Positions 25,654-35,655 are shown, counted from the stretch's first letter. The stretch is 64,000 bases of DNA from an uncultured Clostridia bacterium (GCA_934621485.1 CAKTUS010000002.1:12656-76655); one strand, 5' to 3'. The notes: generated by a model not told the origin, from the sequence alone. Program-made: numbers and translations.

Positions 25654-26541
25654 TTAGCCTATCAAGCGGCAAACCACCTCATAGAGATGCTCCAGCTCCT
25701 CCGCACTGTTATAGGAAAGGGTAATTTTGCCCTTTTTCTCCGTTCCGCTCAGGGTTGTTTTCAAGCCGAAAGCTTCGCGCATATGGTTTTGCAGGGTATC
25801 CATTTCCGGGGTTAAGCTGGCCTGCGCACGCTTGGGAGCAGCCGCCAGTTTTTCCTTTGCCGCTTCTTCCAGCTTACGCACACTGTAGTCATGCAGCACG
25901 CACTGATGGGCCAGTTCCAACTGACGGGATTCCGATTCCACTCCTGCCAGTACCCGGGCATGACCGGCGCTCAGCTGACCGGAAACCACCATATCCGTAA
26001 TGCCCTTTGGCAGGTTCAAGAGCCGCAGCGCATTGGCCACAGCCGGCCGGCTTTTACCCAGCTTTTTGGACGCCTGCTCCTGAGTATATCCGCACTCCTG
26101 CATCAGGCTGCGAATGGCATAAGCCTCCTCGATGGGGTTCAAATCCTCCCGCTGGAGGTTTTCAATCAGTGCCGCCTCCATTTGCTGCTCGTTGGTCATA
26201 CTGCGCACAATGCAGGGCACGCTGCTTAAGCCTGCCAGGCGCGAGGCGCGGTAGCGGCGCTCACCGGCCACAATGCGGTAGCGCATCCCGTTTTCCACTA
26301 CCAGAATGGGCGAAAGCACGCCGGCTTCCCGAATACTGTCCGCCAGCTGTTCCAGCGCTTCCTTATCAAATTCCCGGCGAGGCTGGTCGCTATTGGGATC
26401 GATATCGTCAATGGCAATATCGCGCACCACCGTTTCCAAGAGTTCCTGGTTCTGGGGCAAGAGCACGTCCAAGCCCCTGCCCAGTCCGCTGCGTTTCATA
26501 ATTGCACCGACTCCTTGATACAACGGTTGTTGCCCCGTCAT
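25654..26541 (-). CDS. parB: ParB/Spo0J family chromosome partitioning protein
   Basis: GLGRGLDVLL, the ParB box IVENLQREDLNPIEEA, and an HTH. The ATG at 26541 overlaps the parA stop (ATGA). MKRSGLG at 26499 is an alternative start. Confidence 0.9.
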   Translation of the reverse strand: MTGQQPLYQGVGAIMKRSGLGRGLDVLLPQNQELLETVVRDIAIDDIDPNSDQPRREFDKEALEQLADSIREAGVLSPILVVENGMRYRIVAGERRYRASRLAGLSSVPCIVRSMTNEQQMEAALIENLQREDLNPIEEAYAIRSLMQECGYTQEQASKKLGKSRPAVANALRLLNLPKGITDMVVSGQLSAGHARVLAGVESESRQLELAHQCVLHDYSVRKLEEAAKEKLAAAPKRAQASLTPEMDTLQNHMREAFGLKTTLSGTEKKGKITLSYNSAEELEHLYEVVCRLIG

Positions 26542-27296
26542 TTATTGCGTTCCAAAAGCTCCTGCGCCAAACGGCGATAGCTTTCCGTGCCCAGGCTGCG
26601 GGGATCGTACATGTGAATGGGAATTCCATGGCTGGGCGCTTCGCCCAGACGCACATTGCGGGGAATTGCGGTGGAAAACACCAGGTTTTTGAAGTGTTTC
26701 TTCACTGAATCCACCACCTGGATGCCCAGGTTGGTGCGCCCGTCCAGCATTGTCAGCAGCACGCCTTCAATATCCAGGCCCGGGTTCAGGCTGCGCTTTA
26801 CCCGGTTGATGGTGTTCATCAGGCTGGATACGCCCTCCAGAGCGTAATACTCGCACTGAATGGGAATCAACACCCGCTGCGCCGCCGTCAGCGCATTGAT
26901 GGTCAGCAGCCCCAGCGACGGCGGACAATCAATGAACAAATAATCATAGTCCCGTTCAATGGGCTTGAGCAGCAGCTTGAGCCGGTATTCCCGCTGCTCC
27001 AAATCCGCCAGTTCCAGCTCTGCCCCTGCCAGGCGAATATCCGCCGGAATGATGGACAAGCCCTTTACGCAGGTTTTTTGCAGGCAGTTGGCAACGGCGG
27101 CCCGGCCCATCAGCGCCTCGTAAACCGAATTAGCGCCCGCCTTTCCTCCCAGGCCGCTGGTGCTGTTGCCCTGAGGATCCAAATCTACCAGCAGTACCCG
27201 CTTGCCGGCCTCCGCTACGCAGGCGGAAAGGTTAATAGCCGTCGTTGTTTTTCCAACGCCGCCCTTTTGGTTGGTTATGGCGATCGTCTTGCCCAT
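26538..27296 (-). CDS. parA: ParA/Soj family ATPase
   Basis: Deviant Walker A NQKGGVGKTTT and the typical Soj length and motifs. Confidence 0.95.
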   Translation of the reverse strand: MGKTIAITNQKGGVGKTTTAINLSACVAEAGKRVLLVDLDPQGNSTSGLGGKAGANSVYEALMGRAAVANCLQKTCVKGLSIIPADIRLAGAELELADLEQREYRLKLLLKPIERDYDYLFIDCPPSLGLLTINALTAAQRVLIPIQCEYYALEGVSSLMNTINRVKRSLNPGLDIEGVLLTMLDGRTNLGIQVVDSVKKHFKNLVFSTAIPRNVRLGEAPSHGIPIHMYDPRSLGTESYRRLAQELLERNK

Positions 27297-27375
27297 TTTC
27301 AGCCCTCATTACATTCCATTTGTATCGCTTTATTGTACCCTTTTTTCAGGCAAATGTAAAGCGCCGCCCGCCGCA

Positions 27376-28257
27376 TCAGAAAACGATGGAAACCTCCGGG
27401 TCGCCATCCTCCCCCACCTCATCGGTGACAAAGCTTTCGGGAGGCATGTTCTGACGGCGGTATTCCTCCGCCTTTTGGGCTTCCACATCACCGCCCGCCG
27501 CCACGAAGGCGTTTACAGCAGCCTGAGCTTCCTCATAAAAGGCTTCCAGCGTCATGCCGTTGGCCATAATATAGGAAGCAACGTTTTTACCGACATAGCG
27601 GAAGTGCCAAGGTTCAAACTTGATGCCCGTTTCAGCCTCTCCATCCTCCGTAAAACGAAGAACAAAGCCGAAATCCGCGCAATTCTCCTTCAGCCACTGC
27701 GCCTCAGGCGTCCATTTGAAGTCCTGGGTCATGCGGGGGCGGGAGGCATAGTCATCGTTGAGAATATCGGCGCATAGGCCAGACTGATGCTCGCTGCTAC
27801 CGGGCTTAGCGGAATAGCCGTCGTCCACATTGTTGTTGCGGGCCAAATAGTTGGCGTACACCGTCTTTTGAGTGCCATAGCTGCGATAGCCGCTTTTCAG
27901 GAACAGCACCATGCCGGTAGCTTCTTTATAGGTGGCCGTTTTGGTTTTTCCATTGGAATCGGTATATGTGTATTCCGTCACCATGGCGGCGGCGTTAAAC
28001 ATTTTTTTCAGCGCCTCAGCCGCAGTTTGCTGCATGTAAATGGCGGCGGAAGTCGCCCGCTTGACGTCTGTCACCTTCACCAGCGGATCAGGCTCAAAGC
28101 TCTCATCCAGCATATGCTCGGTATTCACCAAAATGGCATATTCAGAGTCTACATCCATCAGCGGCACAGGATAGGTCCACGCCGCATCTTCCGCCAAAGC
28201 CGAAACACAGCACAGGCACAGCGCCAGGGTCAGAATTCCGCAGAGCATCTTCTTCAT
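27376..28257 (-). CDS. Secreted D-alanyl-D-alanine carboxypeptidase family protein (VanY/M15B)
   Basis: Signal peptide MKKMLCGILTLALCLCCVSALA. Canonical motifs SGYRSY, SEHQSGLCAD and EPWHFRYVG are present. The ATG at 28257 has a GAGGTG RBS overlapping the upstream stop. Confidence 0.85.
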   Translation of the reverse strand: MKKMLCGILTLALCLCCVSALAEDAAWTYPVPLMDVDSEYAILVNTEHMLDESFEPDPLVKVTDVKRATSAAIYMQQTAAEALKKMFNAAAMVTEYTYTDSNGKTKTATYKEATGMVLFLKSGYRSYGTQKTVYANYLARNNNVDDGYSAKPGSSEHQSGLCADILNDDYASRPRMTQDFKWTPEAQWLKENCADFGFVLRFTEDGEAETGIKFEPWHFRYVGKNVASYIMANGMTLEAFYEEAQAAVNAFVAAGGDVEAQKAEEYRRQNMPPESFVTDEVGEDGDPEVSIVF

Positions 28258-28267
28258 GAATGGCACC

Positions 28268-28945
28268 TCATTCGTTCGTAGCTTGATGAATCAGGAAATC
28301 GTATACTTGCAGCTTGTAGTCGCTCATATAGGTTTCCATGGGAACGCCGGCTTCATAGATAGCTTTTGCGTGCTCCTTGCCAACGTAGCGCACATGCCAG
28401 GGCTCATAGTTATAGCCCGTAATGGCTTCATAGCCCTCCATGTAGCGCACGATAAACCCAAAGCGGTAGGCGTTGGCATACACCCATTTGCCTTCCTCCG
28501 TTTTGCCAAAGGCGCTGTTGAGCTGGGAACTGCCCCGCTTTGCCAGGTCCATAGCCAGGCTCAACTGATGCTCGCTGGTACCGGGCCGGGCCACCAATTC
28601 ATCCGCCTTTTCCGCGCTGCCGGTTTTGGCCTTTTTGCGCGCATAAATGGCTGACTGCTTTGCGTAGCTGCGGTAGCCGGAAACAATGGCCAGAGAGTGG
28701 CCTTCTTCCTTTGCAGCGGCAAACATTTCCTCCAGGGCTGTGGCTGCATCGTCCCGCATGGTTTGGGACATACCGGGCCCAATCACCTTGCGGGTCGCAG
28801 GCACATACAATTCACTGATGGCATGCTGGCGGTTAATCAGGAAAATGGTTCCGTCAATATTCTTGTCCGGAAGCGCTTCGTCCATACTACCGCTCAGCAA
28901 TGCAGCAGACACGGCCACAATCGAAAACACTTTTTCGAGCAGCAA
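28268..28945 (-). CDS. D-alanyl-D-alanine carboxypeptidase family protein (VanY/M15B), tandem paralog
   Basis: Motifs SGYRSY, SEHQLSLAMD and EPWHVRYVG are present. The start appears to be TTG at 28945, so it is uncertain. Confidence 0.8.
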   Translation of the reverse strand: MLLEKVFSIVAVSAALLSGSMDEALPDKNIDGTIFLINRQHAISELYVPATRKVIGPGMSQTMRDDAATALEEMFAAAKEEGHSLAIVSGYRSYAKQSAIYARKKAKTGSAEKADELVARPGTSEHQLSLAMDLAKRGSSQLNSAFGKTEEGKWVYANAYRFGFIVRYMEGYEAITGYNYEPWHVRYVGKEHAKAIYEAGVPMETYMSDYKLQVYDFLIHQATNE

Positions 28946-29000
28946 TGCAAATCACACCCCTTCAGTTTATTGTAACATTTTCAATTTGCTTTCGCAATAA

Positions 29001-30770
29001 CTATCTTGCGTCATCCAGCAGTTTTGCACCCTCGCGGCAGGCAAAATTTACATTTTGGCCATCCATGCGCATTTTCAGAATCACGCCCTCCTCGCTATGG
29101 CATTGGGAAAGCACGCTTCCCATCTGGTGCAGCCGGTTCACCAGACCGTACTGGGCGAAGGGCACCAGCAGCCGCACCTCCTGCGCGCCTGCATCCAGTT
29201 CCTTCTCTACCGCTTCCAGCAGACCGTCTACATTCTGCCCGGTAGCGGCGCTGATGCGCAGAGCGCCGGGCAGGCGGTCGGGCGTATCGGCAAACAGATC
29301 GCACTTGTTCAGCACTTCAATTCTCGGCGCTTCGGTGGCCCCTAGACTGTCCAGCACTTCCTCTACCGTTTGCCGCCTGGCTTCCAGCTCCGGATCCGCG
29401 CCGTCGCACACAAGGAGCAGCACGTCGGCCAGGCGTGCTTCCTCCAAAGTAGCTCGGAAGGCTTTTACCAGTTCGTGGGGCAGCTTGCGGATAAAGCCTA
29501 CCGTATCCACCAGCAGCGCCTTTCCCCCATGGGGCAGGCTGATAGGCCGGCTCACGCTGTCCAGCGTCGCGAACAGCTGATCCATAACATAGACGTTTGA
29601 ACCAGTCAAAAGGTTAAACAATGTGGATTTTCCTGCGTTGGTGTATCCCACCAGCGCCACAATGGGCACGCCGTTTTTTTCCCGGCTCTGACGGCGCAGC
29701 CCGCGCTGCTTTTCCATTTGCTCCAGCTCCCGGCGCAAATCGGTCAGGCGTTCCCGAATCCGGCGGCGGTTCACCTCCAGCTTGCTTTCGCCGGGGCCGC
29801 GGGTGCCGATGCCGCCCGCCAGGCGGCTCAGAACCAGGCCCTGGCCCAGCAGGCGCTGACTGCGGTATTGCAACTGCGCCATTTCCACCTGCAACTTGCC
29901 CTCTCGGGTGTTGGCTCTGGCGGCAAAAATATCTAAAATCAGCGTCGTACGGTCTATGACCTTCATGCGCAGCGTTTCTTCCAGGTTTTTTTGCATCACG
30001 CCGGTGAGTTCTTCATCAAAAATGACCAGATCCGCCTGAACCGCCTGACAACGCAGGCTCAGCTCCTCCGCCTTTCCACGGCCGATGCAGTAGGCCCCGT
30101 CTGGCTTCGATCGCTTTTGCAGCACCCGAAGCACCGTATCCGCTCCTGCCGTTTTGGCCAGTTCCTCCAGCTCGTCCAGCGAGGTTTCGCTCTCAATCCC
30201 CACCAGCACCGCCCGTTCCCTCTCCTTGTGTACAGACGGCAACTCGGCAACATAGGCTTCATCGGTTTGGGCAATGCGCTCCATCCATTCCTGTTGAGGA
30301 AGCTTGCGGGTGTTCAGCAGTTCGGTGCGGCTTACCTGCCCTTCGTGAGCGGGGTCCAGAAAGGCGCACTGCACGCTGGTGGGATGGCCGTCCTTGCGCA
30401 CGCCTATGGCGCACATGGCGTCAAAGCGCATACTGAGCAAGGCGCTGATGTCCACATCGCTCAGCTCGCCATGCCCGTTGGGATGGGTATGCACACAGCG
30501 AATCATGCTCAAACGCCGCTGGCTGCGGCGCAGGCGCAAATCCGGCAAATCAATGCTGTCCGACCGGCCGATGAACACATCGGCAATCGCTCCGTCCCGG
30601 GTAATATACAGCGCAATTTCCCTGTTCAAAGACGCAGAATAGCCGCAGAGCCCCTCCATCAGGTCCTGCGGCATAAAAACATCCGGCTCCAGCTGCATGT
30701 CGTAAAGCGTAGCCAGCTCATCCAGCACGCTTTTGCGGATTCCCTCAATATTGCCATGAATCTCCGGCAT
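29001..30770 (-). CDS. hflX: GTPase HflX with an N-terminal RadC-like JAB/MPN domain
   Basis: The HflX N-domain and G-domain are present (GYTNAGKSTLFN, DTVGFI, NKCD). The first roughly 170 aa carry HTHPNGHGELSDVD, which fits the JAMM pattern HxHx7Sx2D. The ATG at 30770 follows AAAGGAAGG. Confidence 0.9.
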   Translation of the reverse strand: MPEIHGNIEGIRKSVLDELATLYDMQLEPDVFMPQDLMEGLCGYSASLNREIALYITRDGAIADVFIGRSDSIDLPDLRLRRSQRRLSMIRCVHTHPNGHGELSDVDISALLSMRFDAMCAIGVRKDGHPTSVQCAFLDPAHEGQVSRTELLNTRKLPQQEWMERIAQTDEAYVAELPSVHKERERAVLVGIESETSLDELEELAKTAGADTVLRVLQKRSKPDGAYCIGRGKAEELSLRCQAVQADLVIFDEELTGVMQKNLEETLRMKVIDRTTLILDIFAARANTREGKLQVEMAQLQYRSQRLLGQGLVLSRLAGGIGTRGPGESKLEVNRRRIRERLTDLRRELEQMEKQRGLRRQSREKNGVPIVALVGYTNAGKSTLFNLLTGSNVYVMDQLFATLDSVSRPISLPHGGKALLVDTVGFIRKLPHELVKAFRATLEEARLADVLLLVCDGADPELEARRQTVEEVLDSLGATEAPRIEVLNKCDLFADTPDRLPGALRISAATGQNVDGLLEAVEKELDAGAQEVRLLVPFAQYGLVNRLHQMGSVLSQCHSEEGVILKMRMDGQNVNFACREGAKLLDDAR

Positions 30771-30881
30771 AAGCCTTCCTTTCAAGCACCGCTCATCCAG
30801 GTGCTTTGCGCTTCAAAGCGCCACAGTATACAGGAAAGCCGGAAGGGCCGCGGCCCCTCCGGCGCTGTCAGGCAAAAACGC

Positions 30882-31256
30882 TTAGCCCTGGGGATGCTTC
30901 TTTTTATAATCGTCTACAGCCGCGTGAATCGCCTGCTCTGCCAGCAGAGAACAGTGCATTTTCACAGGGGGCAGACCGTCCAGAGCCTCGGCGACCGCCT
31001 TGTTGGTCAAATCCAGCGCTTCATCCACGGTTTTGCCCTTCACCATCTCAGTGGCCATGCTGCTGGTGGCAATGGCGGCGGCGCAGCCAAAGGTTTTGAA
31101 CTTCACGTCGGTAATCACGTTGTCCTCTACCTTGATATCCATTTTCATAATGTCGCCGCACTTGGCGTTGCCCACCGTGCCGCTGCCGGACGCATCGGGA
31201 ATTTCGCCCACATTACGGGGATTGGCAAAATGATCCATCACTTTTTCGCTATACAT
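30882..31256 (-). CDS. nifU: NifU/IscU-type Fe-S cluster scaffold
   Basis: YSEKVMDHFANPRNVG..GNAKCGD..GCAAAIATSS..MHCSLLAEQAI. Confidence 0.95.
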   Translation of the reverse strand: MYSEKVMDHFANPRNVGEIPDASGSGTVGNAKCGDIMKMDIKVEDNVITDVKFKTFGCAAAIATSSMATEMVKGKTVDEALDLTNKAVAEALDGLPPVKMHCSLLAEQAIHAAVDDYKKKHPQG

Positions 31257-31288
31257 CCTGAAAATCCTCCTTCTATCCCAATCAAACG

Positions 31289-32476
31289 TTATTTCTGAAT
31301 CTGGAAGCTGTTTTCGGGGCTGAGGGCGCTCATGGCGCGGAGCTTTTCCACAATGCCGGGCAGCTCTTTGAGCACATAGTCCACATCCGCTTCGGTGGTA
31401 TCGTTGCCCAGGGACAGCCGCAGACTGCCGTGAGCAATTTCATGAGGCAAGCCAATGGCCAGCAGCACATGGGACGGGTCCAGGCTGCCGCTGGTGCAGG
31501 CGCTGCCGCTGGAGGCTTCCACGCCCACCAGATCCAGCCGCATCAGCAGCGACTCGCCCTCCACATAGCGCACCGATACATTTACATTGGCAGGCAGGCG
31601 CCTGGTACGGTGCCCGTTCAGGCGCACGTCGGGAATTTCGGTCAGGATGCCGTCAATCAGTTTATCCCGTAGCCGGCTTACCCGGGGGCCATACTCCGGC
31701 AGCTCAGCCGTGGCCAGTTCAATCGCTTTGCCAAGGCCCACAATGCCAGGCAGGTTTTCCGTACCGGCGCGAAGGCCCCGCTCCTGAGCGCCGCCAAAAA
31801 TCAGGTTGCTCATTTTGGTGCCCTTGCGAATGTACAGCGCGCCGATGCCCTTTGGGGCGTGGAACTTATGGCCGGACAGGCTGAGCATGTCCACATTCAG
31901 CTCGTTCACATTCAGGGGAATGGCTCCCACGGCCTGCACGGCGTCAGTGTGGAACAAAATGCCCTTTTCCTTAGCCAGCTTGCCAATTTCGGCAATGGGC
32001 TGAATGGTGCCAATTTCATTGTTGGCGGTCATGATGGTGATCAGCACAGTATCATCGCAAATGGCGTTCTTCACGTCCTCCACGCTCACCAGGCCATCGG
32101 CGTCCACCGGCAGATACGTTACGCGATAGCCCTGCTTTTCCATGTAAGCGCAGGTGTGCAGCACGGCGTGGTGCTCGATGGCGCTGGTAATGATGTGCCT
32201 GCCCTTGCCCTCGGTCACCTTGGCGGCGCAGCGGATGGCCCAGTTATCGCTCTCGCTGCCGCCGGCGGTAAAATAGATTTCCCGAGGTTCGCAGCCCAAG
32301 GCCGCCGCCACCTGCTTGCGGGCTTTCTCTACAGCGCGGCGCGCATCGCGCCCTACGCTGTGAATGGAACTGGGATTGCCGTAATGCTCTACAAAGTAGG
32401 GCAGCATTGCCTCCAGCACTTCGGGACGGGTTGCGGTAGTAGCCGCATTGTCCATATAGATGATGTGATCAGTCAT
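31289..32476 (-). CDS. nifS: Cysteine desulfurase NifS
   Basis: The PLP lysine motif [12 protein letters not shown] and the active-site loop SSGSACTSG are present. Confidence 0.95.
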   Translation of the reverse strand: MTDHIIYMDNAATTATRPEVLEAMLPYFVEHYGNPSSIHSVGRDARRAVEKARKQVAAALGCEPREIYFTAGGSESDNWAIRCAAKVTEGKGRHIITSAIEHHAVLHTCAYMEKQGYRVTYLPVDADGLVSVEDVKNAICDDTVLITIMTANNEIGTIQPIAEIGKLAKEKGILFHTDAVQAVGAIPLNVNELNVDMLSLSGHKFHAPKGIGALYIRKGTKMSNLIFGGAQERGLRAGTENLPGIVGLGKAIELATAELPEYGPRVSRLRDKLIDGILTEIPDVRLNGHRTRRLPANVNVSVRYVEGESLLMRLDLVGVEASSGSACTSGSLDPSHVLLAIGLPHEIAHGSLRLSLGNDTTEADVDYVLKELPGIVEKLRAMSALSPENSFQIQK

Positions 32477-32897
32477 GGTTTTCTGCCTCGCTTTCGCATG
32501 GTTGGGTCAGCATATCGCTGAGCTTGATTTTATCCAGCTCGTGGTTGATGGAATCGGTTACCCGCTGCCACACCCACCGCACCGGGCAGGTGCCGCTTTT
32601 CCGGCAGGACTCCTGAGCGGAAGCGCACTCGCTGAGCTCAATGGGGCCCTCAACCGAGTCGATGATGTCCCGCAGGCTGATGTTCTGCGGCCTTTCTGCA
32701 ATCTGGTATCCGCCCTGGGCCCCTCGCACGGTGCTCACCAGTCCCGCACGACGAAGGTTGCCCAAAAGCTGTTCCAAATATTGCTTCGGCACCCCGACAG
32801 TGGAAATGCTTTGCAGCGTTTGCGGCCCTTCGCCCTCGTGCAGCGCCAGGTAGTACATGGCATACAGGCCATATTTGCCGCGTGTGGATAGCTTCAT
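32469..32897 (-). CDS. Rrf2 family transcriptional regulator (IscR/CymR-like)
   Basis: [18 protein letters not shown] is the N-terminal wHTH. C-terminal Cys residues are present. The ATG at 32897 follows AAAGGAG. Confidence 0.9.
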   Translation of the reverse strand: MKLSTRGKYGLYAMYYLALHEGEGPQTLQSISTVGVPKQYLEQLLGNLRRAGLVSTVRGAQGGYQIAERPQNISLRDIIDSVEGPIELSECASAQESCRKSGTCPVRWVWQRVTDSINHELDKIKLSDMLTQPCESEAENHD

Positions 32898-32945
32898 GTA
32901 AGCTCCTTTCGGAATCCCTACTCTTTTAATCGGGTTTTCTATGGC

Positions 32946-32974
32946 AGAATAGCACTTTTCACCTGCACTGTCAA
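32946..32974 (-). promoter_or_regulatory. Sigma-A type promoter of the Rrf2-nifS-nifU operon
   Basis: Minus strand reads TTGACA-17 nt-TATTCT. Downstream is an imperfect inverted repeat AAACCCGAT-N7-GTAGGGATT, which is a possible Rrf2 operator. Confidence 0.6.
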
Positions 32975-33089
32975 CATCTTTCGCTCTTTTCGAAAACTTT
33001 TTTGCCAAAAAGATTGGGAAAACCGTTCCGTCAGGCAGCCAAAAAAGCTCGCCCGGGCGCCGCGCGCAACAAGGACGCTTTTTGCATTT

Positions 33090-33136
33090 GCCAACCGCAG
33101 GTCAGCCAGGCGATACGCTTTCGTCAGAGGGAGCCG
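33090..33136 (+). repeat. Repeat module, second copy (see 6971-7016)
   Basis: gccaaccgcaggtcagccaggcgatacgctttcgtcagagggagccg. Confidence 0.7.
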
Positions 33137-33428
33137 AAAAAACCGGCCGTTGGAAAACCCTGTGGGTATCGAACGGCGCGTCCCCTCCGCTTCCGATTTT
33201 TCAAACCAGCGTCAAGGCTGCCAATCCAGGTGCTTGCGCCATAAGATTTTTCCCGTTTCATCCGGCAAGCCGTTAACGAGCAAGCCCAAAAGCGGCTCGG
33301 TAAAAACTCGCCCCCAGTTGAGTTCCTTGAACGGCTTGAAGCCAAACAACTCAACTGAGGGCGAAAGCCTGAGGCATGTTGGAAAGTCGTGTTCCTTCCT
33401 TGCCCGTTTTGAAAGCGGCGGCATGCTT

Positions 33429-33596
33429 CAGGTTGTCGAAAAAACGGATTGGCCGCCATCGTCTGGAAGCAGCGCTTCGCTGGTTCGCTGGGAACGCGCT
33501 GCGGCATAAGGCTTAGGGGCTCAGGCCCTAAAACCCCCGCAGGAGACAGTGCCTCCTGCATGTTCAGTCCTTTTCAACGCCTCGCACGGCAAGGCT
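33429..33596 (+). repeat. MITE-like core, forward orientation, copy 3
   Basis: caggttgtcgaaaaaacgg...ggaagcagcgcttcgctggttcgc...ggcataaggcttaggggctcaggccc...gcaggagacagtgcctcctgc...ttttcaacgcc, followed by the degenerate motif cacggcaaggct. It aligns with 46-220 and with the reverse complement of 19702-19852. Confidence 0.7.
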
Positions 33597-33714
33597 GTAT
33601 AGGGGGAGGCACTATTTCAGGCTTGAGGAGCGGCGCTCTTGCTTGTTTGGCTCTCGAGCATTTTTCGCGAGTCAAAGCAGCGCCGCGGCGTTTGACCTCC
33701 CGCCCGTCGTTTCG

Positions 33715-34248
33715 TCATCCGCCTTTTGGAAGGCTGCTTTCCTTGTTTTCCGCATCCCAGGGAACCAGCCGGGCCAGAATCCGGCCGTTGTCCTCCACCT
33801 GAATTTCCGCATAGGCAGCGGCTCCGGGCCGTCTTTCGCAAACCGCTCCCGGATTCACAAGATACACCCCGCCGTCCTGTCGGATATCCGCCCGATGGGT
33901 ATGGCCGTACAGCGCCACCTGCGCCATGCGTTCACAAGCGGCATAGCACAGCCTGTCCAGCCCAAACTTAACTTGCCGGGTGTGGCCATGGCAGGCAAAA
34001 AACAGCGTTCTCCCCACGGCAAATACCTTTTCCTGGGGTTCTGTGCAGCTCCAGTCATTATTTCCGGGCACCAGTATGCAGCGCGCGCCCTGCTTTTCCA
34101 GCATGGGAATCAACGTTTCAAAATCCGATGCGCCGTCGCCCAGAAACACAGCCGTATGAATCGTTCCGTTCCGCAAAGCCTGCTCAAAAGCCTTTTGAAG
34201 GCCGTTTGCATAGCCGTGGGAATCCGACGTAACAATGACCCGTTTCAT
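33715..34248 (-). CDS. YfcE/YsnB-type metallophosphoesterase
   Basis: MKRVIVTSDSHG, GDGASD, GNND and GHTH motifs are present. It lies 3 nt downstream of rph-rdgB. Confidence 0.85.
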   Translation of the reverse strand: MKRVIVTSDSHGYANGLQKAFEQALRNGTIHTAVFLGDGASDFETLIPMLEKQGARCILVPGNNDWSCTEPQEKVFAVGRTLFFACHGHTRQVKFGLDRLCYAACERMAQVALYGHTHRADIRQDGGVYLVNPGAVCERRPGAAAYAEIQVEDNGRILARLVPWDAENKESSLPKGG

Positions 34249-34250
34249 GC

Positions 34251-35564
34251 TTATAGAGCCTCGTCGAGCACCTTTTTCATTTCCCGCGCAGCCGCCGCCC
34301 GGTGGCTCACTTGGTTCTTTTCCTGAGCCGTCATCTGGCCAAAGCTCTTGCCCGAAGCATGCCAAAACAGCGGGTCATAGCCAAAGCCGCCTTCGCCGCT
34401 GCGCTCCTGAAGCAGCGTGCCAGGGCACTCGCCCCGCACCACACGGGTTGCTTCGCCGGGCAGGCTCAGGGCCATGGCGCACACAAAGCGGCATGCCCGG
34501 TTTTGCACGTCCCGCATGTTTTTCAGCAGCAGGTCGTTATTGGCCTGATCGTCGCCATGGCCGCCTGCGTACCGGGCGCTGCGCACTCCCGGCGCGCCGC
34601 CCAGCGCATCCACGCTCAGGCCGCTGTCGTCTGCCAGAGCGGGCAACCCCGTAAAGCGGGAAACCGCCTCCGCTTTAATCACAGCGTTCTGCTCAAAAGT
34701 TTCTCCATCCTCCAAAATATCGCCTGTAAAACCGGCGTCTTTCATGGAGATCAGCTCCGCCGCGCCGCCCAGCATTTGCGAAAGCTCCTGTAGCTTATGG
34801 GCGTTTCCTGTGGCCACGGCTATGCGGGGCTTGGGAAGCAAAAACTCTGTTTCCCCTTTGAGCGCCTGCCGCTGGGCGCGCATCAGGCTGCGAACTCCCG
34901 CCCGCCCCATATCCAACAGGCTGCTCAATTCCACATTGGTAAAGGCGCGTCCCTCGCCAGTGCCCTGCAATTCAATAAACTCGCCCCGCTGATTCATAAC
35001 CAGGTTCATATCCGTCTGCGCATGGCTGTCCTCCGCGTAGCACAAGTCCAGCATGGGCCGGTTTTCCACAAGGCCGGCGCTGATGGCCGCCACCTGGGCG
35101 ATGATGGGGTTTTCAGTCAGCAGGCCGTTCTTCATCAGCTTGTTTACCGCCAGCACCAGCGCCACATAAGCACCGGTAATAGAGGCCGTGCGGGTACCGC
35201 CGTCGGCCTGCAGCACATCGCAATCCAGGGTGATGGTGCGTTCCCCCAGCTTTTGCATGTCCACCGCCTGGCGCAGCGACCGGCCAATGAGCCGCTGGAT
35301 TTCCACGCTGCGGCCGTCTTTTTTGACGCCATCGCGAGCCTTGCGCCGGCCGGTAGAGGCAGGCAGCATGGCATACTCCGCCGTTACCCAGCCCCGACCC
35401 TGGTCCCGCAGGAAGGGCGGCACGCTTTCCTCCACGCTGGCGGTGCAAATAACGCGGGTCTTTCCTGTAGAGATTAGGCAGCTGCCGTCGGCCGTTTCCA
35501 CGAAACCGGGCTGAATGGTACGCGGGCGAGGCTGATGGTTCAGACGTTGATCGCTGCGTGGCAT
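34251..35564 (-). CDS. rph: Fused RNase PH and dITP/XTP pyrophosphatase (Rph-RdgB)
   Basis: The N-terminal roughly 245 aa is RNase PH ([33 protein letters not shown]). The C-terminal roughly 190 aa is the HAM1/RdgB family (ATGNAHK..., FGYDPLF). The ATG at 35564 follows AAAGGAG. Confidence 0.9.
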   Translation of the reverse strand: MPRSDQRLNHQPRPRTIQPGFVETADGSCLISTGKTRVICTASVEESVPPFLRDQGRGWVTAEYAMLPASTGRRKARDGVKKDGRSVEIQRLIGRSLRQAVDMQKLGERTITLDCDVLQADGGTRTASITGAYVALVLAVNKLMKNGLLTENPIIAQVAAISAGLVENRPMLDLCYAEDSHAQTDMNLVMNQRGEFIELQGTGEGRAFTNVELSSLLDMGRAGVRSLMRAQRQALKGETEFLLPKPRIAVATGNAHKLQELSQMLGGAAELISMKDAGFTGDILEDGETFEQNAVIKAEAVSRFTGLPALADDSGLSVDALGGAPGVRSARYAGGHGDDQANNDLLLKNMRDVQNRACRFVCAMALSLPGEATRVVRGECPGTLLQERSGEGGFGYDPLFWHASGKSFGQMTAQEKNQVSHRAAAAREMKKVLDEAL

Positions 35565-35655
35565 GACAAAAACTCCTTTTTCATTCCAAAAATAGCGCAG
35601 ACTTGTTCCGCCTGCGCTCTGCATTATACCGCTTTGAGCTTGCCTTTGTCCAGCC

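Noticed and set aside
25654-27296. A parS site (TGTTNCACGTGAAACA) in or near parB.
   Set aside because: No close match was seen by eye in parA, parB or the flanking DNA. The nearest look-alike (aatgcacgtggaaat at about 15200) is inside the lipid kinase gene and is a poor match.
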